Shown here in pieces: positions 56,230 to 64,000 of a stretch of DNA of 64,000 bases. The notes under the pieces were generated by a model. That model worked only from the letters and a program-made list of their open reading frames with translations. It was not told where the DNA came from and searched no databases. The first letter of the stretch is position 1. Every line of letters starts with the position of its first letter. Position numbers and translations under genes: made by a program. Source of the DNA: an uncultured Spirochaetales bacterium (GTDB taxonomy: Bacteria > Spirochaetota > Spirochaetia > SPDA01 > CAZSGZ01); assembly GCA_964440465.1 (NCBI GenBank), contig CAYTSI010000005.1, forward strand, positions 151-64,150. The letters are read 5' to 3'.

Positions 56230-58476
56230 TTGAAAAGAAACGGTAACTATATACCGGTAATTGTCGCGGGAATAATTATTTTCCTGTTTGTTACCGGAGA
56301 AATTACACTGCGGCATCTCCCCTTTCCCGAACTTGAGGCGTTTCAGAACAGGGCGTACAGTACAATAGTAACCGACAGAAACGGCACAATTCTCAGAATT
56401 CTTCCTCTCGAAGGAGGATTGAGGCGGGAATACGTTCCCCTCGAAGAACTGCGCCCGGAGATTGTCCGGATTTTTATCGAAAGCGAAGACAAGCGGTTCT
56501 CTTTTCACCGCGGTGTGGACGGTTTTGCCGTGCTGCGCGGTTTTTTTCAAAACAGACGAGCGGGACGGACGGTTTCGGGGGCGTCCACCATCTCCATGCA
56601 GCTGGCGGGTCTTGTCCGCCCGCGAAAGCAGACCGTCGGGGGCAAGGTCCTTGAAGCCTGGGACGCCCTTCGCCTGGAGGCAAAACTCTCGAAACGGGAA
56701 ATCCTCGAGCTGTGGCTAAACTCTCTCCCCTTCGGCAGGCAGGCGGAGGGTGTCGGGAGCGGCAGCAGGGCCTACTTCAATATATCCGCCGCGGACCTCT
56801 CAATTCCGGAGGCGGCCCTTCTTGCCGTTGTTCCGAGGCATCCGAAAAAGTACAGCCCCGTCGACAATCCAGAGGGCGCGTATGAAGGCGCGCTCCGCAA
56901 TGCCGGGAGGCTTCGTACGGACATTTCCGCACAGGAGCTGCGGAAGGCCGCCCGGGCCGCGGAGCCGGGAAATTTTATCTACCACGCGCCCCATTTTCTT
57001 CGTCAAATAGGGACAGAGCTCGGCGGCAAGCAGGGCGGCAGGGTAACAACCACATTGGATCTGGAACTTCAGCAGCATTTTCACCGTCTTTTGTCCACCT
57101 ATCAGCAGCGGTACGCCCAAAGCCGCATTACCAGCGCCGCCGGAATGCTCATCGACAATCATACGGGCGAAGTCCTTGCCTACGTCGGTTCACTCGACTT
57201 TTTCTCCGGCAGAGCGGGGGAGCAGCTGGACGGGGTAACCGTCCCGCGGCAGCCCGGGTCCTGTCTTAAACCCTTTCTTTACGCGGCGGCGCTGGAGGAC
57301 GGGTGGTATCCGAACACACTGCTTCCCGACGTCCCGCTCAATTTCGGCGGGGGCGAGGTATATGTGCCTTCGAATTTCACAAATTCTTTTTCCGGTCCCG
57401 TCAGGCTTCGGGTTGCCCTCGGGTCGTCTCTGAACGTACCGGCGGTCTATCTGTTGGATGAGATCGGGTTGGAACGGTTCGGGGAGCTGCTGCGGGCGGC
57501 GGGTTTTCACGTCGGAGCGGGCGCGCTTGAGAAGGCGGGCCTCGGCGCCGCGTTGGGCAATCTGGATGTCTCCCTCCTGGAACTGACCCGGGGCTTCGCC
57601 CTTTTCCCCCGGCGTGGTGTGCCCCTGGAGCTTTCATGGACACTCCCCGAAGTTTTCGAAGGGCCCTCCCCCGCGGGACGGGCCGTTTCCGAATACACCG
57701 CCGATATTATCTGCGACATCCTCTCGGACCCGGCGGCGAGGGCCCGGGGGTTCGGGTACAATTCCGCTTTTACCCTTCCCTTTCCCGCCATGTTTAAAAC
57801 CGGGACAACCGATCAGTTTCAGCACATCTGGGCCCTTGCCGCGACGCCGGATTATACCGTGGGCATATGGATGGGAAACAACACCGGGGAAACGGTAATC
57901 GGCCGGACCGGTTCCTCCGTCCCCGCGCGGATAGCGGCTGAAGTGCTTACCTTCGCGCGGAAGGGGAGGGCGGAATTCCCGGTCCCGGCGGGGGCGGTGC
58001 CGGTGGAGATCTGCACAGTATCCGGGCAGCGGGGGACGGAGCTCTGTCCCTCCGTTGTTACCGAATACCTGCCGGCGGCCGGCGGGGAAGGGGCTGTACC
58101 CGGTCCCTGTACATTTCATATACTGCGAAACGGTACGGTAACAACCGAGTATCCGGAAAAATATCATGCATGGCTGCGGGAGCTGGGCCGGTCGGGGGGA
58201 TTTTCCTTCTCCGGCGGAGAAGGCCTTGAAATTATTCACCCCCGCGGCGGAGCGGTATTTTACTATGACCCGACAGTTTCCGCCGGAGTCCAGGCGCTGC
58301 GGGTCGAGGCAGCTGCCGGCAGGCCCGGGGCCTGCACACTCTATGTAAACGGCGAAAGGGCGGGTACTGTTTTCCATCCCCCCTATGTATGGTTTTTGCC
58401 GCTTCAGCGGGGAGCGTGGGAATTGACCGTATCGAATACCGGTTCCGAGGCGACGGTGCGCGTCGAAGTCCGCTAA
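56230..58476 (+). CDS. pbpC: Penicillin-binding protein 1C, with a GT51 transglycosylase domain, a transpeptidase domain and a C-terminal PBP1C domain.
   Basis: It has an N-terminal TM segment, the GT51 motifs EDKRFSFHRGVD and RPRKQTVGGKV, an SxxK-type transpeptidase region, and a C-terminal domain. It is paired with A2M. Confidence 0.85.
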   Translation: MKRNGNYIPVIVAGIIIFLFVTGEITLRHLPFPELEAFQNRAYSTIVTDRNGTILRILPLEGGLRREYVPLEELRPEIVRIFIESEDKRFSFHRGVDGFAVLRGFFQNRRAGRTVSGASTISMQLAGLVRPRKQTVGGKVLEAWDALRLEAKLSKREILELWLNSLPFGRQAEGVGSGSRAYFNISAADLSIPEAALLAVVPRHPKKYSPVDNPEGAYEGALRNAGRLRTDISAQELRKAARAAEPGNFIYHAPHFLRQIGTELGGKQGGRVTTTLDLELQQHFHRLLSTYQQRYAQSRITSAAGMLIDNHTGEVLAYVGSLDFFSGRAGEQLDGVTVPRQPGSCLKPFLYAAALEDGWYPNTLLPDVPLNFGGGEVYVPSNFTNSFSGPVRLRVALGSSLNVPAVYLLDEIGLERFGELLRAAGFHVGAGALEKAGLGAALGNLDVSLLELTRGFALFPRRGVPLELSWTLPEVFEGPSPAGRAVSEYTADIICDILSDPAARARGFGYNSAFTLPFPAMFKTGTTDQFQHIWALAATPDYTVGIWMGNNTGETVIGRTGSSVPARIAAEVLTFARKGRAEFPVPAGAVPVEICTVSGQRGTELCPSVVTEYLPAAGGEGAVPGPCTFHILRNGTVTTEYPEKYHAWLRELGRSGGFSFSGGEGLEIIHPRGGAVFYYDPTVSAGVQALRVEAAAGRPGACTLYVNGERAGTVFHPPYVWFLPLQRGAWELTVSNTGSEATVRVEVR

Positions 58477-58481
58477 ATACA

Positions 58482-59417
58482 ATGAAATGGCATGAAATAA
58501 TACAGAAATACTTCGGTCTCATATTTTTCGCGGCGATGGCGGCGGGATTTCTTTTTTCGGATGTTTTCCGTCCTCTTTCGGAAATTACCTATATTGTTTT
58601 AGGGGTAATTATTACCATATCCTTTCTCACCCTCGATTACCGGCAGTTCGCCCATACGCTGAAGCGCTTTTATGTTCCCGTCGGGGTGTTCATTGTCTAT
58701 AAACTGGTCATTCCCGCCGCCTTCTACTATATCATCTCTTTATGGGACAGAAATATCGCCCTTGCGGCACTCCTTCTGGCGGCCACACCCGTGGGGATGA
58801 TTACTCCGGCCCTTTCACAGCTCATCGGGGCCGATAGGGAATTTGTTCTTTCCATTGTAGTTATCACCTCATTCGCGGCCCCCTTTTATCTGCCCTTTCT
58901 TATTAAGCTGGTTGCCGGGGCCCATATCAGTGTCGATCCCGTTTCCATGATGTTTTCGCTTATCAAACTGATCTTTATCCCCTTTGCTGTTTCCCTCGTT
59001 GTGAGAAAATGGGGGAAACGGTTTATCGATACAACAAAGCACTTTCACAGCGCCCTTTCCGTTCTTTTGCTGATTTTCGTGCTGCTTGGAATTGTGGCAA
59101 AAGGCGCTCCCCATATCCGTGATAATTGGACGGTGTCTGTCGGTTTTCTCGGGATGTCCGTTGTTTTTTGCGCCGCGCTTGCCGGTCTGGGGTTCGGTCT
59201 GTTTTGGTTTTTATCGAAAGAAAAGCGGTTCGGACTTGCCGTTTCGGTCCCGTATATGAATTTGGCCATGTCCATCGTAATCGCGGCCGTTTATTTCCGG
59301 CCGGATGTTCTCCTGTTCTGCATTATGTATGAAGTTCCGGTAAATCTCCTGCCGGTCATTCTTCGCGGAATCAAGCGGAAGCCGGCCGCGGAAAGCGCGG
59401 CTGACGGAGGGGACTAA
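58482..59417 (+). CDS. Polytopic membrane protein, a putative BASS/AEC-like transporter. The internal start at 58482 is preferred.
   Basis: About nine predicted hydrophobic helices are present. No catalytic motifs were seen. Confidence 0.45.
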   Translation: MKWHEIIQKYFGLIFFAAMAAGFLFSDVFRPLSEITYIVLGVIITISFLTLDYRQFAHTLKRFYVPVGVFIVYKLVIPAAFYYIISLWDRNIALAALLLAATPVGMITPALSQLIGADREFVLSIVVITSFAAPFYLPFLIKLVAGAHISVDPVSMMFSLIKLIFIPFAVSLVVRKWGKRFIDTTKHFHSALSVLLLIFVLLGIVAKGAPHIRDNWTVSVGFLGMSVVFCAALAGLGFGLFWFLSKEKRFGLAVSVPYMNLAMSIVIAAVYFRPDVLLFCIMYEVPVNLLPVILRGIKRKPAAESAADGGD

Positions 59418-59450
59418 GTGTGTTACAATCACTACAACAGAGAATAAAAC

Positions 59451-60119
59451 GTGTTTCATATCGATAAAAACGACATTAAAAAGAAGCGGGTAGTTAAACT
59501 CTTTATAGAAGCCGCGTCGGATATTATCAGCAATGAAGGGATCGACGGAGTAACCATCCGAAAAGTTGCCGAACGTACCGGCTATAACAGTGCTTCCATC
59601 TATTCCTATTTTGATAATTTCCGGCAGCTGGTGTTCCTCGCCTCGGCGTCCTCGCTGCACGACTATGTTACCGCTATGCCGAAATATATTAAAAAGGGGA
59701 AAAACGCCCTGGATAAATTCCTGCTGATGTGGGAATGTTTCTGCCGGTATTCTTTTCAGAAGCCCCGGGATTATTACGCGGTATTTTCAGACGACATAGG
59801 GTCCGAGCCGGAGGCCCTGGTTGCCCATTATTATGAACTGTTTCCCGAAGAATTAGCGGAGGCCCCGAAGGACCTGCGTCCAATGCTTACAGAAACAGAC
59901 CTGAAGCGCAGAAACATGATTGCAATCAGCGGCTGCACGGAGGCGGGATTTTTCTCAGAAGCTGATGAAGAAGTCGTGGAGGAATCGATCCGGTTGATCT
60001 ATCAGGGGATGCTTACGCTGATGGTGAACCGCCGTGTGGAATATACGCCTGAAGAGGCGGTGAAACGGACAATGCGGAGCATTACAAAAATCGCGGAGAG
60101 TTATTCCCGGCGTTCCTGA
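59451..60119 (+). CDS. TetR/AcrR-family transcriptional regulator.
   Basis: The N-terminal HTH is GIDGVTIRKVAERTGYNSASIYSYFDN. Confidence 0.8.
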   Translation: MFHIDKNDIKKKRVVKLFIEAASDIISNEGIDGVTIRKVAERTGYNSASIYSYFDNFRQLVFLASASSLHDYVTAMPKYIKKGKNALDKFLLMWECFCRYSFQKPRDYYAVFSDDIGSEPEALVAHYYELFPEELAEAPKDLRPMLTETDLKRRNMIAISGCTEAGFFSEADEEVVEESIRLIYQGMLTLMVNRRVEYTPEEAVKRTMRSITKIAESYSRRS

Positions 60120-60132
60120 TAACCGGCTGCCG

Positions 60133-60175
60133 CGGGCTGCTGTGTATAGAAAAAACTCCAGCCGTAAACGGCAGG
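60133..60175. terminator. Structured inverted repeat (ctccagcc ... ggctggag with an inner cggcag/ctgccg hairpin) between convergent genes. It is probably a bidirectional terminator.
   Basis: Read directly. Confidence 0.4.
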
Positions 60176-60229
60176 ACAACTGCCGCCTGACCTGGCTGGA
60201 GAATTGGAAGGATTTTTACATAAACTTTT

Positions 60230-61654
60230 TTACATGTTCTTTTTTTTACTTACAAACCCTATAAGGTCTTTTTCCAGTTTTGGATCGATATCCGGTTTCT
60301 CCCATTCCTCAAGCCGCCGTTCGAGGATTTTTTCCGCGCGGTCAACCGCGAGGGGTTTACCGCTGCTTTCCCAGGAGGGGAAATCGGAAACAGTCATAAT
60401 TTCAGGATCGAAAAATTCGCTTCTGCACCGCTCGATAGTTTTGTCCTGGGTCATAAACTCTCCGCCGATTCCCGCCTCCCGGAACGCGGCGACGTCAATT
60501 TCGTCACCTGAAATTACAGTCGGCGTAATCAGTTTCCTGATCATTCCGGCAAGTTCTTCGTCGGCAAGGTATTTTTCATAACTCATTGCCAGATAGGAAC
60601 CGAGGATTCCGGCAGAATGGAGGATGAAATTGATGCCGCTTCGTATGGCCGTGGAAAGGGCCAGCGCGGACTGGGCACCGGCCTGGATGTCGGGGTAATT
60701 AGCATCCGTCAGTCCTCCGCCGCTCCGGGACGGCAGGTGGTAGTAGTGTGCCAACTGGGCGGTAAAGGAAACCAGCATGGAAAGTTCCGGCGCTCCGATG
60801 GAGAGGCCGCCGGTTTTCATGTCCATCGGTGCCGATGTGGAGCCGTAAATAACCGGCGCGCCGGGGCGAACGAGCTGGGCGAGGGTAAGCCCTGCCAGCA
60901 CTTCCGCGTTCTGCTGCGCCAATACTCCCGGCAGTGTAATAGGCCCGGAGGACCCCGCCATAATAAGGCTTGCGATAACACAAGCCTGTCCGCCGCGGAC
61001 CAAGGCAATCAGGCTCCCTGCCATCTCTTCCGAAAATCCCAGGGGAGACAGTGAATTGATCAGGGATACGGTGGCCGGGGCGCGTTCCATTTCCTCCTTT
61101 CCCCAGACAATTTCGAGCATTTCAGCGCACTCGTCCGCCCCCTGCCGTGAAACGGGGCTTCCCATAAACGGTTTATCACAGTGCAGTATATTAGCCAGCA
61201 GCATATCGAGGTGCGCGGTGGCGGCGGGAATACCCGACGGTTCGACCATCATAAAACCGTTCATATTGATGTGCCGGGATGTCTGCGCCAGTTTACAGAA
61301 GTTGTTGTAATCCTCCATGCTCGCTTCCCGCCGCGCCTTTTCCGCGGTAATAATGAATGGGGCCCCGTAGCCCGGTACAAGGGCAAAATCGTCTTTTCCA
61401 ATGGGAACACTTTTTTCAGGGTCCCGTGCCGTAACAATAAAGGTTTCCGGCGCCGAATCGAGGGCTTTCCTGATGTCCGCCTCCGATAAATAAACGACAT
61501 AACCGTCTGTTGTAACACCGTGTTTTTTAAATATCTCGATGGCCTCGTCTTCTTTAAACCGTATCCCGACCGAACTCAATATTTCCATCGAAGAAGAATG
61601 GATAAGTTCGAGGTCCGTTTTCGTCAATTCCTGTATTCGGTCATACATTGGCAT
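60230..61654 (-). CDS. MttB-superfamily methyltransferase, non-pyrrolysine type (quaternary-amine or other substrate to corrinoid).
   Basis: The 474-aa protein is similar overall to the trimethylamine methyltransferase MttB family (COG5598). There is no in-frame amber codon. Confidence 0.8.
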   Translation of the reverse strand: MPMYDRIQELTKTDLELIHSSSMEILSSVGIRFKEDEAIEIFKKHGVTTDGYVVYLSEADIRKALDSAPETFIVTARDPEKSVPIGKDDFALVPGYGAPFIITAEKARREASMEDYNNFCKLAQTSRHINMNGFMMVEPSGIPAATAHLDMLLANILHCDKPFMGSPVSRQGADECAEMLEIVWGKEEMERAPATVSLINSLSPLGFSEEMAGSLIALVRGGQACVIASLIMAGSSGPITLPGVLAQQNAEVLAGLTLAQLVRPGAPVIYGSTSAPMDMKTGGLSIGAPELSMLVSFTAQLAHYYHLPSRSGGGLTDANYPDIQAGAQSALALSTAIRSGINFILHSAGILGSYLAMSYEKYLADEELAGMIRKLITPTVISGDEIDVAAFREAGIGGEFMTQDKTIERCRSEFFDPEIMTVSDFPSWESSGKPLAVDRAEKILERRLEEWEKPDIDPKLEKDLIGFVSKKKNM

Positions 61655-61790
61655 TTACCCTCCTTATCTCCTTGGCTGAAATTCTACCATGGCTTTTTCC
61701 AGACGTCAATCAAGATTATTAATTAATCGCGATTATTTTGTTGTTATTTTTCATCTATACCTTTATACTGAATACAGAAGGGGGTATATA

Positions 61791-62462
61791 ATGAAAGTAA
61801 AAAAACTGATGACGCCTGCACCGATAACCGCCGGAACGAACACAAGCTACAATGAAGCCGTAAAACTGTTGCAGGAGAACGAAATTCGGCATTTGCCGGT
61901 TATCGGTAAAAAAGGAAAGCTTGTTGGAATAGTCTCTCTCGAGGACTTGTTAAGTGCAAAGCCTTCGGGAGTTTCTACATTGAGCGTTTATGAAATTGCC
62001 TCTCTGCTTGAATCCGTGAAGCTTGAAAAGGTTATGACGTCTCCGGTATATGCCGTTAGTGAAGATTGCAGTCTGACGAACGCGGCACGTTTTATGATCG
62101 AAAAAAAGATCGGCTGTCTTCCTGTTGTGCAAGATGATAAACTGATCGGCATTATTACCGACACCGATATTTTCCGCAGCTTTGTTGAAATCTCCGGAGG
62201 AGGTCAGCCGGGGACCCGAATTGAAATCAAGATGCCCGATAAAAAAGGTGAACTGGCAAAAATTATCCAGGCTTTGGCAGACGCCGGAAGCTATATTGTT
62301 TCCGTTACTCTCACGTACGAGAAAGGTGAACCGGTCTGTATTGCCGATATCAAAGAGCGGGACGGCGACGAAAAAAACCTCCGGGAGGAACTCGAAAAAC
62401 TCGAAGGGATGGAAATTACAACTTTCAGGCCCCACCGGGAGGATAAACTGCTGTCCTACTAA
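61791..62462 (+). CDS. CBS-pair plus ACT domain protein.
   Basis: There are two CBS motifs (IRHLPVIGKKGKLVGIVS and IGCLPVVQDDKLIGIIT) and a C-terminal ACT-like segment. Confidence 0.65.
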   Translation: MKVKKLMTPAPITAGTNTSYNEAVKLLQENEIRHLPVIGKKGKLVGIVSLEDLLSAKPSGVSTLSVYEIASLLESVKLEKVMTSPVYAVSEDCSLTNAARFMIEKKIGCLPVVQDDKLIGIITDTDIFRSFVEISGGGQPGTRIEIKMPDKKGELAKIIQALADAGSYIVSVTLTYEKGEPVCIADIKERDGDEKNLREELEKLEGMEITTFRPHREDKLLSY

Positions 62463-62482
62463 AACGGCACAGCGCTGCCTCA

Positions 62483-63454
62483 TTAAACCGGGGGGGTAAA
62501 TTGATCAGCGGGCTTTTTCGGATGCCGGTTCCGATTTAACATGATAAAAAGCGATACCCCTCCCACCACAAAGGTCGTGCCGATCCATTGGTAGAGGGTA
62601 AAGCTTTCCGAGAACAGCAGGGATGCATACAGAAATGCAACGGGAATTTCCGCCATGGAAAGTATTCCGGCAATGCTCACCTGTAGTTTCCGCAGTGTCG
62701 CGGTGTAAAGTGCAAACGGCAGAAGTGTTGAAATAATAACGAGCCCGCCAAGCCACAGGCAGGAAACCGCGGGAAAACTTGCCGGAGGCGGAACGAAGAA
62801 CTGGATTGGAAGGAGTACCAGCGCCCCGAAACCGAAGCCGTAGGTAAGAATTGTAAAAGGATGATACTTGCCGGTAATTTTTTTTCCAAAGAGATTAAAC
62901 AGAGCATAGGCTAGTGGAATAGAGAACCCGACAATGACACCGGTTATGTTTGCCGGCCCGGGACCGCCTCTAAGCAGTCCCGACAGAAAAACGGACCCGC
63001 TAAGAGTCAGCACGACGGCGATTATTTTCCTAAAATTAAACGCTTCTTTAAAAAAAAGCCGGGCCGCGACGGCAAGGATTATCGGCATAATCGCCTGCTG
63101 TACCGTGGAAACCGCTACACCGTTTATTCCCACGCCGAAATTCCACAGCAGGTGGAACACCCCGAGGCCGAGGCCGCCGAGTGCGGCAAGCCAGGGGATG
63201 TCCTTCCGGTCAACGCGAAGCAGGTCGCGCCTGAAGATGAGGAGAATAAACAAAAGACAGAAGAACGTTGCAAGATCTCGGTAGAAGGCCAGGGAGTATT
63301 CCGATATTTCCGCCGAGGACAATGTCAGCTTGATAAAAACGCCGGATGTCGCCCACATAACTGTGGTGGCGAAAACTCCGCCGTAATTCTTGGCTTCAGA
63401 GGTCTTTGTAGGAAACTTTGTTCCCCGTCGATTGCAGAAATTTTTTAAAATCAT
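62483..63454 (-). CDS. EamA/DMT-family transporter. The start is uncertain and may be the internal Met near 63358.
   Basis: The typical 10-TM duplicated EamA pattern is present. Confidence 0.65.
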   Translation of the reverse strand: MILKNFCNRRGTKFPTKTSEAKNYGGVFATTVMWATSGVFIKLTLSSAEISEYSLAFYRDLATFFCLLFILLIFRRDLLRVDRKDIPWLAALGGLGLGVFHLLWNFGVGINGVAVSTVQQAIMPIILAVAARLFFKEAFNFRKIIAVVLTLSGSVFLSGLLRGGPGPANITGVIVGFSIPLAYALFNLFGKKITGKYHPFTILTYGFGFGALVLLPIQFFVPPPASFPAVSCLWLGGLVIISTLLPFALYTATLRKLQVSIAGILSMAEIPVAFLYASLLFSESFTLYQWIGTTFVVGGVSLFIMLNRNRHPKKPADQFTPPV

Positions 63455-63884
63455 CTATGCTTATCGTTATAGTTGCCGTATTGACGTTCGGGTGAAACCC
63501 GATCCGTCCGCTTTTCAGAAGCTTGTTATCGACAATTACCTCGACTGCTTTCTTTTCGTCATTGATCAGCCCGAAAACAGATACGGCGCCTTTGGAGAGG
63601 CCGAGATGTTCTTGCAGCCTCCTGTCGGAGGCGAAACTCAGTGTTCCGGCTCCAATCTTGGATTGGAGGGACTTTATATCGAGGTTTTTCGCGCTGTCCA
63701 GAATAACAAGGAAATGACGGTTGCCTTTTTTGTTCCGAAAAAAAAGGTTTTTTGTATGGGACCCCTCGAGGGCCGCCCAGTGTTCATTTGCCTCCTCCAC
63801 CGTAAAAACCGGAGGGTGGGTTATTTTTTCGTACTCTATTCCAAGATCATTAAGTACTTCATACACGTTTTCTTCCGACGCCAT
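63396..63884 (-). CDS. YbaK/ProX-family aminoacyl-tRNA deacylase (Cys-tRNA(Pro) editing).
   Basis: YEKITHPPVFTVEEA...HTKNLFFRNKKGNRHFLVI...GFHPNVNTATI matches YbaK/EbsC. The start is at the Met of MASEENVYEV. Confidence 0.7.
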   Translation of the reverse strand: MASEENVYEVLNDLGIEYEKITHPPVFTVEEANEHWAALEGSHTKNLFFRNKKGNRHFLVILDSAKNLDIKSLQSKIGAGTLSFASDRRLQEHLGLSKGAVSVFGLINDEKKAVEVIVDNKLLKSGRIGFHPNVNTATITISIDDFKKFLQSTGNKVSYKDL

Positions 63885-64000
63885 AGCTGCCTCCTGGATA
63901 CTGTTGCTGAAAACAAGTATAGCAGAAGCATACGGGGGAGGCAAGGGAGTATCCGGCAAGGCAAACAGAAAACTGCAAAAAAGTAGTTAAATATTGTGTA

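Noticed and set aside
58033-58050. Near-palindrome GGGACGGAGCTCTGTCCC as a stand-alone restriction site or operator
   Set aside because: It occurs once, inside the pbpC coding region. It is better explained as an inverted dimer of the abundant 10-mer than as an independent regulatory site.

Overview
This looks like a chromosomal segment from an anaerobic bacterium with roughly 55% GC. I could not assign a taxon; the gene content would fit a spirochaete or a firmicute. No rRNA, tRNA, CRISPR array, integrase or prophage was seen. Coordinates 1-7.8 kb hold a DeoR-regulated sugar-phosphate-utilising (SPU-type) bacterial microcompartment (BMC) locus. It has a permuted BMC-T, a BMC-H, four BMC-P paralogs, a PduT-like BMC-T and a PduS/RnfC-like Fe-S flavoprotein. 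Its three cargo enzymes are a CoA-acylating aldehyde dehydrogenase, RpiB and deoxyribose-phosphate aldolase, each with an N-terminal encapsulation-peptide-like extension. Downstream lie a retropepsin-like aspartic protease, an aldo/keto reductase with an Fe-S tail, a coiled-coil protein, a YhaO/YhaN-type (SbcCD-like) nuclease/ATPase pair and a nitroreductase. A single REP-associated tyrosine transposase (RayT/IS200-like) follows, then mannitol-1-P dehydrogenase, a PfkB kinase, a ferredoxin, a REC-PAS-GGDEF-EAL regulator and a dGTPase-like HD protein. Next is a corrinoid, Zn-methyltransferase and methionine-related cluster (RACo activase, COG0523 GTPase, URO-D-family methyltransferase fused to a thioredoxin-like domain, Hcy S-methyltransferase, CobT, MetA). 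After that come a secreted vWA protein with a histidine kinase and OmpR-type regulator, DUF89, a penicillin-acylase-family lipoprotein and a low-GC lipoprotein islet. An nrdR-nrdD-nrdD'-nrdG operon follows in which the glycyl-radical domain appears to be a separate thioredoxin-fused polypeptide. The window ends with a 1926-aa alpha-2-macroglobulin paired with PBP1C, FtsH, TetR, a non-Pyl MttB-family methyltransferase, a CBS/ACT protein, an EamA transporter and YbaK. The most striking unexplained signal is a 12-13-mer (G)GGGACAGAGCTG. It is present about 19 times (core 10-mer exact) on both strands, inside genes in several frames as well as between genes. It clusters around the rayT gene and its orientation flips across that gene.
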